Shown here in pieces: positions 38,852 through 47,535 of a stretch of 64,000 bases of DNA. Position 1 is the stretch's first letter; each line of letters begins with the position of its first letter. The notes under the pieces are model-generated. The model made no database searches. It was not told the DNA's origin and was given only the letters and a program-made list of their open reading frames with translations. The translations under genes and the position numbers were made by a program. This stretch comes from Candidatus Bathyarchaeia archaeon (GTDB taxonomy: Archaea; Thermoproteota; Bathyarchaeia; TCS64), in assembly GCA_050014495.1 (NCBI GenBank), contig JBEKDF010000005.1, positions 1 to 64,000 of the forward strand, in the 5' to 3' direction.

Positions 38852-39433
38852 ATGTCAAAAGCAGAGACTGTCTAATTCAGTGAACCAGGTAGGGCTAACA
38901 GCAGGGAGGCGCTCCTACTGGCTAAACGACGGGCAGACCAGCTGGGGATCAGCGACATCATCGTGGCCTCATATTCGGGCGATACAGGGACATTAGCCTC
39001 CGAGATATTCAGGGGCTACAACCTCGTTGTGGTTGCCGGGATGGTCGGATTCATCGAGCCTAATCAGGACAGGATGAAACCCGAGTGCAAGAAGACCATC
39101 GAAGACAACGGGGGGAAAATACTGAGGGCGTGCCACAGCTTTGGCGCTCTCGGGAGGGCGGTTAACAATAAGTTCAACGCCATACAGGTGGACGAGATTA
39201 TCGCCCATGTCCTCCGATTATTCGGCGCTGGTGTAAAAGTGGCATGCGAATGTGCGTGTATGGCAGACGATGCTGGCTTAATAAGGACCGACAGGGAGGT
39301 AATTTCCCTCGGGGGGAACGGGGGTGGAGTAGACACTGCGGTCGTGCTGCTTCCAAGTAATACGCACAGGTTTTTTGACATGCGGATCAGGGAGATAGTT
39401 TGCAAACCCAGGAATTGGGAGAGACCACAGTGA
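38852..39433 (+). pseudogene. Pyruvate-kinase C-terminal-like (MTH1675-type) protein with an in-frame TAA at codon 8
   Basis: ATG 38852 reads MSKAETV*FSEPGRANSREAL..AK.RA..LGI..I.VAS.SG.T, in frame with track ORF 38963 (FGAGVKVACEC..MA.DAG, GG...GVDTA). Confidence 0.75.
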
Positions 39434-39731
39434 TCACGCAACTTCTAACCTGGTACTCATCGACTTACCTATTTCTTTGTCATTTACAAAACTAGTCGGT
39501 GTAGCTGGTTCTCTAGTTCCTAGCGAGAGACTCATGTGTTCCTTTCTCGACTTTGAGTTTCTCTATCTTCCGCAGATAGTCTCCTTAGTCTCCTTTTCGT
39601 ACAAAATCTCTGAGATAATCTGTTCAAATCTCGGGATATATTGGTGTTAATCGCTTTGCAATAATTTTTACAGGTTGGGACTGGGCGAGAGTTTATCCCA
39701 CTCGAGAAGGCAAATGCCTTAAGGGACTAAT

Positions 39732-40967
39732 TTGAGTGACGAATGGTTTTACGGCAGCAAAACTAGGAGAACCACAAGCAGCTGGGTAGCGATCCTAGTT
39801 GCAATCCTCATTATTGTAAACGTCGGAGTGGTTGCCTACAGCACCATAAACAGTAATGAGCAGATGAATAGGCTCAGCAGCCGTGTAGACACTCTAACAT
39901 TCACAGTTCAGTCTCTCAACTCTGAGCTCATTAACGCTAACGCCGAGATATCATCAATGAAGAACACCCTCACCAATGAGGATGAAAACGTTACAACCTC
40001 GCCTAGCTCTAGCCTAGACCTCATTGGATTGTACAACCGAACGAGAGACAGCGTGGTCTTGATTGATGTAACACTCCCAGCTGGCGCCGCGCAAGGGAGT
40101 GGTTTCATTTACGATACGACTGGAAAGATAATTACGAATAACCACGTTGTCGAGGGCGCGAGCAGAATCATGGTGACCTTCATCAATGGCACGATCGTCA
40201 ACGCGACCCTCGTTGGTCGGGACCCCTACTCGGACCTGGCCGTGATAAGCGTAGATGCGCCAGCATCGCTTCTCAAACCGCTGAAGTTGGGCAGTTCAAC
40301 CTCCCTTAAGGTTGGAGAGGATGTTATTGCCATTGGAAACCCGTATGGGCTGGCCGACACTCTGACTTCCGGGATCATCAGCGCCGTAGGAAGAGAGATG
40401 GATTCCTCCGGGAATTATCCCATCGTTGACGTGATACAGACGGACGCAGCAATCAACCCTGGTAACAGTGGTGGACCCCTACTTAACATGAATGGGGAGG
40501 TAGTAGGAATCAACACAGCGATCCCTACGGAGACTTCCCGTGGCATCGGATTCGCTGTCCCAAGTGACACGATCGTACGCGAGCTACCAAGTCTCATCTC
40601 CAAGAGGACCTACGAGCATCCTTACTTAGGCATTCAAGGGCAGGACGTTACACCCGGAATAGCTAGGGCGATGAACCTGCCCACAGGGACCTATGGGACG
40701 CTGATTGTGGATGTTACCAAGTTGAGTCCATCTGACAAAGTCGGACTTAAGGGTGGAACCAAGACTCAAATTATAGACGGTGCCTCGGTTAAGATTGGCG
40801 GTGATGTAATCGTCTCGGTTGATGGCATTAAATTGAAAAATTTTTACGACCTCATAGTCTACCTTCAGCGTAACAAGAAGCCAGGGATGATTGTGAGTCT
40901 CGGTATAATCCGAGACGGAGCTGCGATAAATGTTGTAGTCGAACTCGGAGTCCGTCCTCCGCCCTAG
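39732..40967 (+). CDS. htrA: HtrA/DegP-like trypsin serine protease with PDZ domain, membrane-anchored (paralog 2)
   Basis: ITNNHV, DPYSDLA, IQTDAAINPGNSGGPLL, PYLGI...GGDVI. Confidence 0.93.
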   Translation: MSDEWFYGSKTRRTTSSWVAILVAILIIVNVGVVAYSTINSNEQMNRLSSRVDTLTFTVQSLNSELINANAEISSMKNTLTNEDENVTTSPSSSLDLIGLYNRTRDSVVLIDVTLPAGAAQGSGFIYDTTGKIITNNHVVEGASRIMVTFINGTIVNATLVGRDPYSDLAVISVDAPASLLKPLKLGSSTSLKVGEDVIAIGNPYGLADTLTSGIISAVGREMDSSGNYPIVDVIQTDAAINPGNSGGPLLNMNGEVVGINTAIPTETSRGIGFAVPSDTIVRELPSLISKRTYEHPYLGIQGQDVTPGIARAMNLPTGTYGTLIVDVTKLSPSDKVGLKGGTKTQIIDGASVKIGGDVIVSVDGIKLKNFYDLIVYLQRNKKPGMIVSLGIIRDGAAINVVVELGVRPPP

Positions 40968-41410
40968 AATCTTGGATTCTTAAGCAGATCCACTATTGTT
41001 TCATGGTCATATCCGAGGAGTAGACCGAGGCCTACTGCTATTTCCTCCTCAACTTCGGCTAATTTACCCTCTCTGCTCTTCCTCGCCTTGAGCTCCTTCA
41101 AGGCCTTATAGCGGTCAAGAGTCGAAGTATCCTTGGCTAGGTGGACGACGACCTTCCCATCGGTGAAAGCGGGGTTGAACAGCTTGGTGATTAGGAAGTC
41201 CTCATCTACAAGAATGTGCAAGCCATATTTGTCTGCTACGAGCCTGATCGGAGCTTTAAGCCTATCATATTCCTCTCTAGTCAGCGGAGGGCTCAGGGCG
41301 AGGGGCTTCACACCTGATCCCACTATTTCAGCGAAGGCGTAGATCATTCCTAGGTGGTATGAGTCGAGGTTGAATCCCTCTACGTGCCTGCTAAGCCAAT
41401 GATCCTCCAA
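40964..41410 (-). CDS. Hypothetical protein
   Basis: 148-aa ORF converging on htrA; no family recognised with confidence. Confidence 0.7.
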   Translation of the reverse strand: MEDHWLSRHVEGFNLDSYHLGMIYAFAEIVGSGVKPLALSPPLTREEYDRLKAPIRLVADKYGLHILVDEDFLITKLFNPAFTDGKVVVHLAKDTSTLDRYKALKELKARKSREGKLAEVEEEIAVGLGLLLGYDHETIVDLLKNPRF

Positions 41411-41728
41411 AGTAATCTACTCTATCTATGTTCCACACCTTTAAGCAGTTTCAGTGAGTTTTAAAATAACAGACCGGTATTATTTAAAGGTCTTTTTTAA
41501 CTTGAGGGCTAGTTCTCGATAGTACCTAAGAGTGTATCCGTATTAGTTCCACTTAGGTTTTCATAAGGTTCCCCTTTTGTCTAGTGTACTCCATTGATAC
41601 TTTACTTTAGGAATTAAGTGATTTGTGACAGCTATCCTTTCGTCCCTTTATCTGTCATAAATTCGAAGAGTCAATCTTTTTTTACCATATATTGACATTT
41701 TATGAATAGCTGAGATGGGTATCCAGGA

Positions 41729-42559
41729 TTAACGCGTTCTACTCAATATAGATCCGATTGGGATTCGAGTTTTCCTTCTTGCCTTAAAGGTTGTTATATT
41801 GGGGAAATCCGCTGCATTGAGCTGCTTAGCAGCCTCATAGAGATGGTCTCCGAGGGTGCCTATGGTGTGGCTGTCACTGCCAATGGTGACCGTGTCTACA
41901 CCCACTTCATGCGCAGCTAGTAGGAACTCCTGGAGGGGGTAGAAATGGCCTGTTCCGGCTCGGAGTCCTGCAGTGTTAACCTCGATTCCAACCCCCTCAT
42001 GCGCTGCTGACTCTAGAGCTTCCACGACAACAGAGCCGTAGTCTCCCCAGGTCGCATTCTTGCCGTAGAAGTGGAGATATTTTCGCCAGTAATCAGGGTG
42101 CGCCATAACGTCGAAGAGGCCGCTCTCGATCGCTTTCTTCCAAGTCGTATAATACTCATCCGCTGCCCTCCTTATACTACGACCTGCGAAGAACCCCTCC
42201 GCTTGGGTTCTCGAGCCTATGTCGACACCGTTTATGTAGTGGGTACTACCGAGGATGAAGTCGAAGTCGTAGCCTTTGAGAATTGAATCGAGTCGACGCT
42301 CTTGGCCGGGAAAATAGTCAACCTCGAGGCCTACTAGGAGTCTTACTCTCGTTTCCTCCTGCGCCGACCTTATCTCCTCGATGTACTCGGGTATCTCCTC
42401 TTCCTTGATGCTGATGTCAATATCAGGGCCAATGGTAATGAGATGGGTTGTGAAGGCGATCTCGGTGATTCCCTGAGCTTCCGCGGCTGCAATATACTCC
42501 GGTACAAGTGCTGTTGAGGCGTCCCTTGAGTGCCTCTCATGGACGTGATAATCTATCAT
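41729..42559 (-). CDS. PHP-domain histidinol-phosphatase (HisJ/HisK family)
   Basis: DYHVH..HS.D, GLEVDY, LGSTH, AHPD, EVNT.G, GSDSH. Confidence 0.85.
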   Translation of the reverse strand: MIDYHVHERHSRDASTALVPEYIAAAEAQGITEIAFTTHLITIGPDIDISIKEEEIPEYIEEIRSAQEETRVRLLVGLEVDYFPGQERRLDSILKGYDFDFILGSTHYINGVDIGSRTQAEGFFAGRSIRRAADEYYTTWKKAIESGLFDVMAHPDYWRKYLHFYGKNATWGDYGSVVVEALESAAHEGVGIEVNTAGLRAGTGHFYPLQEFLLAAHEVGVDTVTIGSDSHTIGTLGDHLYEAAKQLNAADFPNITTFKARRKTRIPIGSILSRTR

Positions 42560-42774
42560 CCTACGGCTCCTATCCCTGATATACTGAGGAGTGTTATTAG
42601 AAGAGTATACCCCGTAGGCTTTCTCATCGGGTATCTGAGGATCATTCTAAACATCTTAGAAGGTGTTCTATGGGGTAACTCATGTAAATCTCTGGGTGGC
42701 GTCTTCTATAGTGGTAATAGTTCTCCTTGATCAAGTTTGGAGAAGTTTCTGGCTCCGTGCGAAGCTAGCACGCG

Positions 42775-42787
42775 GAATGTTTATGTG
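42775..42787 (+). promoter_or_regulatory. Putative BRE/TATA promoter for queT
   Basis: GAATG-TTTATGT; standard archaeal spacing would put the transcription start near 42808-42812. Confidence 0.5.
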
Positions 42788-42808
42788 TTCAGGATATTTT
42801 CCTTTCCT

Positions 42809-42872
42809 CTTGGCGGGTGAGTGGGGCCTCCCACCCGATTCCGCCAGATAAACCCCGGTGAAGGGAGGCATG
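42809..42872 (+). ncRNA. Structured 5' leader of queT; candidate riboswitch
   Basis: Two alternative folds; GCCTCCC 42826-32 is complementary to GGGAGGC 42863-69 next to the ATG. Confidence 0.55.
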
Positions 42873-43385
42873 AAAGTCAAAGAGATTAGCCTAGCTGCCA
42901 TTCTGGCAGCGTTATATGCAACACTAGTCGTGGTTCTTGCGCCAATTAGCTATGGTCCTATCCAGTTGAGGGTTGCGGATTGTCTTATTCCACTCTCAGC
43001 TCTCCTGGGTTGGCCAGCTGCCGTGGGGGTTTCCCTTGGCGCGCTTGTGGGCAACTTCTATTATTTTTTGGGTCCTGTCGACGTGGTCTTTGGTGCTTTA
43101 GCTAACTTGTTAGCTGGTTTATTGATTTGGAGGTTGAGAAAAAGGCTGCTTATGGGGTGCGTGCTAGCATCGCTTGTCATAGGTGTGATTGTTGGTGGAT
43201 ATTTGTGGACATTTTTCCCACCTCCCGATGTGCTCGGCCTAACTCTTCCTGTGTGGCTCGCCATGATCGTAAGCATCTCACTAAGTAGTCTAATCTCAGT
43301 AACGGTAATCGGTTACGGGTTGGTCCGCGGACTCGAGGCCTCAGGGCTTAAAAAACTACTAGAGTCTCGGGGCATAATTGTGTAG
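42870..43385 (+). CDS. queT: QueT-family queuosine/7-deazaguanine precursor transporter (ECF S-component)
   Basis: A.LAALY..L...LAPISYGPIQLRVA..L, G.SLG..V.N, GP.DVVFG..A.L. Confidence 0.85.
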   Translation: MKVKEISLAAILAALYATLVVVLAPISYGPIQLRVADCLIPLSALLGWPAAVGVSLGALVGNFYYFLGPVDVVFGALANLLAGLLIWRLRKRLLMGCVLASLVIGVIVGGYLWTFFPPPDVLGLTLPVWLAMIVSISLSSLISVTVIGYGLVRGLEASGLKKLLESRGIIV

Positions 43386-43426
43386 CGCCAGCGATATGCT
43401 TAACATACTTCGAGTGTTTTCTTCGG

Positions 43427-44017
43427 GTGATGAATCTCAAAGTCATAGGGCTGGCCGGATTCTTTGGCATTGTTGCTCCCCTATTCGGGTTGTTAATTAT
43501 CATATCGAGCATATTGCTCGCACCCTGGTTTAGCTGGACGGGTAACGCCCTTAGTGACCTCGGTGGAACGAACGGATTCGGAGCTGTAGTATTCAACTCG
43601 GGTCTCGCGATGACAGGGGCTCTCATGATGATGTTCAGCACTGGTCTCTTCGAGCTCACCAAGGGGGATGTAGTTGGGCAGGTTGGTAGTGTTGTGTATT
43701 TGCTGTCGGCAATCCTGCTTATCGCCATCGGTGTCGTTAATATCACAATCGAGCCCTGGCATCTTTACGTTAGTATAGGCTTCTTTGTGGCCCTGCCCCT
43801 CTCCGCGATCCTCACAGGTATCTTCTGCTTTAGAAAGAAGATGAGATTTTACACTCTGTTGTCATTGGGGACAGCGGTCCTCGCTGCGGTCATATGGATA
43901 CTCCCTTGGTCTGCAGTAGCCATTCCCGAAGCACTTTCAGTGGCTTACCTTGGGGTCTGGCAGATTTTGCTAGGCTATTGGATGTATAAAAGAGTCGATG
44001 GTAAGTCAGAAGGATAG
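43427..44017 (+). CDS. DUF998-like membrane protein
   Basis: PWFSW..NALSDLG, FN.GL..TG, H...S..FF, AIPE. Confidence 0.75.
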   Translation: MMNLKVIGLAGFFGIVAPLFGLLIIISSILLAPWFSWTGNALSDLGGTNGFGAVVFNSGLAMTGALMMMFSTGLFELTKGDVVGQVGSVVYLLSAILLIAIGVVNITIEPWHLYVSIGFFVALPLSAILTGIFCFRKKMRFYTLLSLGTAVLAAVIWILPWSAVAIPEALSVAYLGVWQILLGYWMYKRVDGKSEG

Positions 44018-44057
44018 CTCCTCATCCAGTTCATTATTTAGGTGCTCCCCTTGCATG

Positions 44058-45392
44058 TCATTGAACACCCAGTTTTCGCATAGTGATCAAGGCTACGGCC
44101 TTAGCGCACTCTACTATCTCATCAACGCTAACATTTTCGTCCTGGCCATGGCCATTGCTGTATGGGCCACCAACGCCGAAGTTAACACACGGCATGTTAC
44201 CATCCACAACCTGATAATTCATGTCGGTGCTGGCGAGGGTGCCGGTGAACGGGAGCTTATTACCGACCGCCTCCTGGATCAAGACTTGGCATTCTAGTGC
44301 ATAGGGGTCTGTGGCGGGAATGACGTAGCCCTCGCGGAAGTTGATAGTCTCAATCTCGTATTGGAGGTCCACGTCGGTAGCCTTGACACCGTCTAGGACT
44401 GCCTTAAACTCGGCCTGCGTACCCTCGTAAGTCTCGCTTGGTATCATGCCACGTAGCACCTCCTCCTCGCATAGGTCGGGGACGGTGGCACCCTGTACTC
44501 CGCCTCTGATAGTACCTATATTCAACATCCCCGTGGGGCACTCGATGCCCTTCGCCCTAAGTCCCTCGCCAAAGTCGATACCTGGGGTTGGGTATTTGCG
44601 TTTTAGTAGGACATTCCACCAGTAGTCGTTTAGGGCGACGTTTAGTTTGCTCATCTTCTCGATTGCGTTGACGCCGAGAATGGGTATCTGGCCATGGTAA
44701 CTCTTACCAATGGTACGTATGAGGAAACGGGTCCTACCCATGGCGCTGAGGCCGATACCCATCATGGAGCCGTCGAGCTGGATGCCGAGGTCCGCCTTCA
44801 CTATTCCCTCCTTTATTAGGTAGCCGAGACCAGCGACGCCACCTATCTCCTCGTCACAGTTCGCGGTGACAATGATGTTCCCCTTAAGCTTGACTCCCGC
44901 CTCCTTGATTGCTTCTAGAGCTAGAAGTAAGGCTGCGGTCTCGCCCTTATCGTCGCCGACACCGCGACCCCAGATGTAGCCCCCGCCTTTATCAAAGGCG
45001 CTCTTCCCATACTTGCTCGTCTTCGTTATTTCACCGCCGAGGGGGTCGATGGTCCAGCCCTGCTTCTGGATGGCTGCGGTATCTGTGTGGGCGCTTATGT
45101 GGAGTGTTGGGCCTCCCCCTGTGCCATTGAGTCGGGCGACGAGGTTCGTCCGGGGTCCGTCTAAACCGATGTGCTTCGCACCGCTCAGCCTCATGTACTT
45201 ATCAGTTGCCTCGTGGAGCGATGTCGCGTATCCAAGGCTCCTGTACTTCTCCTCGAGTATCCCGCAGATTCTGTCGTAGTCGTGCCCTGGTGGGACCTGT
45301 GTATCGAATCTGAGTATCTGCTGGAGAAGCCTGACCATACGATCCCTCTCCCCCTCTATCGCGTGAAATACATCTGTCTCTTGCTTTTTCAT
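44058..45392 (-). CDS. M20 family metallopeptidase/deacylase (ArgE/DapE-like)
   Basis: SAHTD, WGRGVGDDKG, DEEIGG, G.S.HG.....GVNAI, H..DE. Confidence 0.88.
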   Translation of the reverse strand: MKKQETDVFHAIEGERDRMVRLLQQILRFDTQVPPGHDYDRICGILEEKYRSLGYATSLHEATDKYMRLSGAKHIGLDGPRTNLVARLNGTGGGPTLHISAHTDTAAIQKQGWTIDPLGGEITKTSKYGKSAFDKGGGYIWGRGVGDDKGETAALLLALEAIKEAGVKLKGNIIVTANCDEEIGGVAGLGYLIKEGIVKADLGIQLDGSMMGIGLSAMGRTRFLIRTIGKSYHGQIPILGVNAIEKMSKLNVALNDYWWNVLLKRKYPTPGIDFGEGLRAKGIECPTGMLNIGTIRGGVQGATVPDLCEEEVLRGMIPSETYEGTQAEFKAVLDGVKATDVDLQYEIETINFREGYVIPATDPYALECQVLIQEAVGNKLPFTGTLASTDMNYQVVDGNMPCVNFGVGGPYSNGHGQDENVSVDEIVECAKAVALITMRKLGVQ

Positions 45393-45566
45393 GGGAAATC
45401 TTCAGCGTTCTCGGTATGTAATATTTTGGCATGATTCTGACCTTTTAACTGGATCAATTCAATATCTTTAGGCTAAACCACCGGGACATTCGGTGGAATG
45501 AAGCTCGCTGGGAAAAGGCCCTCACGCCTGTTACGATAAAGGGCAATTATGTTCAACAGGGAAAGG

Positions 45567-45578
45567 TCGCGCGCGCGA
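45567..45578. repeat. Perfect 12-bp palindrome TCGCGCGCGCGA ((CG)5)
   Basis: Read directly from the sequence; lies in the asnS-M20 spacer. Confidence 0.85.
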
Positions 45579-45597
45579 ATTATTTAAAATTGATGAG

Positions 45598-46905
45598 CTA
45601 AGGGTAGACCCTGCGCATGTCCCTAGGGAATGGTATCGTGTCCCTGATGTGCTCAAGTTTGAGCATCCATGTTAGGACACGCTCGACACCCAGGCCGAAG
45701 CCACTGTGTGGTACAGTCCCCCACTTCCTCAGCTCCATATACCACTTGTAGTCCTCAGGATTGAGGTTGTCATCCAGCACACGTTGGAGAAGTTGATTGT
45801 AGTCATGTACGCGCTGCCCGCCTCCGATGATTTCGCCGTACCCCTCGGGGGCGAGTAGATCACCCGACTTCGTAGTGTCTGGCCTCGCGGGGTCGGGCAT
45901 GTGATAGAAGGGCTTGATCCCCGTGGGGAACCCCGTAACCCAGAAAGGTAGGTCGAAGTGCTGCGTCAGTGGAGCCTCCTGCTGCCAGCCAAAGTCGTCT
46001 CCCCAGAGCATCTCGACACCATCCTTCTGCAGTATCTCCACCGCCTCATCGTACTTTATCCTCGGGAAGGGAGTCTCGATCTTTAGTAGGTCCTTGGGGT
46101 CCCTGCCTACTGCTTGTATCTCCTTGGGCATCTTCTCCGCGATGTGGTGGGCGATGTGGGTTACCAGCGCATCTCCGACCTTCATGATGCCATCATGGTC
46201 GGTCCACGGCTCTTCGACCTCCATGTGCCAGAACTCAGTAACGTGACGGCGGGTCCTACTAGGCTCGGCCCTGAAGCTCGGAGCTATCGTGTATATCTTG
46301 CCGAGGCTGCTTATCATCGCCTCCGCGTAGAGCTGCCAGCTCTGGCTCAGGTAGACATTCTTTTTATCGAAATACTTGACCTCGAAGAGGGTAGAGCCAC
46401 CCTCACATGCGGCACTGGTAAAGCTGGGGCTATGAGTCTCTGTGTACCCGTTCTCCGCGAACCAAGTCCTCGCCGCCTTTAGGAACTCGGCCTTTATCTT
46501 AAAGATGGTCTGCAACTTCGGGTCCCTGATCTGAAGGTGCCTGTTATCTAGTAGGAACTCGAGGCCGTGCTCCTTCTTCGTTAGGGGGAAGTCTGGCTGA
46601 GCCTCGTAGACTGTGCCGAGGTTATTGACGAAGAGCTCGTAGCCACCCGGGGCGCGCTGGTCCACGCGGACCTGACCCCCCAGTTCGAGTGTTGACTCCA
46701 TCGGGAGTCTCTCGAGATTATTGAAGGTGGCTTCGTCGACGTTCCTCTTGTTCACGGTGCACTGTAGTACACCTGTGCCGTCGCGTATCTGGAGAAAGAC
46801 AAGGCCGCCACTACTCCTACTGTTGTATAACCATCCGCGGATCTGGACCTGCTTCTCATCATGCTTTCCGCCAAGTATCTTGGCTATGTCCACGAAACCG
46901 GTCAT
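45598..46905 (-). CDS. asnS: Asparagine--tRNA ligase
   Basis: OB fold (RGW...R.SG..F..IRDGTG), EGG.TLF, YLSQSWQLY.E, FRAE.SRTRRH..EFW, GEIIGG.QR, PHSGFGLG.ER. Confidence 0.92.
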   Translation of the reverse strand: MTGFVDIAKILGGKHDEKQVQIRGWLYNSRSSGGLVFLQIRDGTGVLQCTVNKRNVDEATFNNLERLPMESTLELGGQVRVDQRAPGGYELFVNNLGTVYEAQPDFPLTKKEHGLEFLLDNRHLQIRDPKLQTIFKIKAEFLKAARTWFAENGYTETHSPSFTSAACEGGSTLFEVKYFDKKNVYLSQSWQLYAEAMISSLGKIYTIAPSFRAEPSRTRRHVTEFWHMEVEEPWTDHDGIMKVGDALVTHIAHHIAEKMPKEIQAVGRDPKDLLKIETPFPRIKYDEAVEILQKDGVEMLWGDDFGWQQEAPLTQHFDLPFWVTGFPTGIKPFYHMPDPARPDTTKSGDLLAPEGYGEIIGGGQRVHDYNQLLQRVLDDNLNPEDYKWYMELRKWGTVPHSGFGLGVERVLTWMLKLEHIRDTIPFPRDMRRVYP

Positions 46906-47019
46906 ATTGACCGAAGAGGATGCTACGGCCCATATATTATAGTCTTCTCCCACCCCATTGTAATTTTTACAGGTTCCAGGGAATAGAAATAAAGGAGTTG
47001 AGTGGGAGGGTTTTGCTTA

Positions 47020-47535
47020 ATGAGGATACTTGCATTGATCGGGAGCCCCCGTCGGGGAGGGAACAGTGACCTACTCGTAGACGCTGCCCTAAGGGAGGCT
47101 GCGAAGCGTGGGCACCAGGGTGAGAAGCTCTACCTCTACGAATACGAAATGAAGCCCTGCGTTGACTGCCGCGCCTGCAAGCAGGAGGAGATGATATGCG
47201 TGTTAAAGGACGACCTACCCAAAATCTACAAGAGGATAGACGCCGCTGACGCCCTCGTTCTCGCCACCCCAATCTACTGGTACGGCTCAACAGCCCAGAT
47301 GAAATTACTAATCGATAGACTACGCCCATACATCGTTAACCGCCGCCTCGAGGGAAAGAAAGCCTACCTTATCGCTCCCTCCGAGGAGGGGCCAAGCGCT
47401 TGCGGGCCTCTGGTTGACAGTCTAAAGATGAGTTTCAATGCCGGGGAGGCGCTAGTAACTGCCAACGAGAAGGGTGAGGTTGCGAAGAAGCCGGAAGAGC
47501 TAGAGAAGGCGCGCGGCCTCCTTTCGGGACTCTAG
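47020..47535 (+). CDS. Iron-sulfur flavoprotein / flavodoxin family protein
   Basis: GSPRRGGNS, PCVDCRAC-x5-C..KDD, TPIYW. Confidence 0.85.
   Translation: MRILALIGSPRRGGNSDLLVDAALREAAKRGHQGEKLYLYEYEMKPCVDCRACKQEEMICVLKDDLPKIYKRIDAADALVLATPIYWYGSTAQMKLLIDRLRPYIVNRRLEGKKAYLIAPSEEGPSACGPLVDSLKMSFNAGEALVTANEKGEVAKKPEELEKARGLLSGL

Noticed and set aside
38873..38875. Stop-codon reassignment (TAA read as Tyr)
   Set aside because: TAA ends many intact genes in this window and only one internal case was seen.
39433..39730. Short minus-strand ORFs in the spacer before the second htrA
   Set aside because: About 33 codons or fewer and no motif; possibly a gene remnant but unsupported.
42556..42776. 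32-codon minus-strand ORF overlapping the PHP gene start, and a CGTGC/GCACG hairpin near 42756-42772
   Set aside because: Not His-rich, so not a recognisable attenuator peptide; the hairpin lies upstream of the predicted queT promoter and is too short to interpret.
42858..42869. GTG 42858 as the queT start
   Set aside because: It lies within the SD-like GGTGA; ATG 42870 has suitable spacing and gives a family-like N-terminus.
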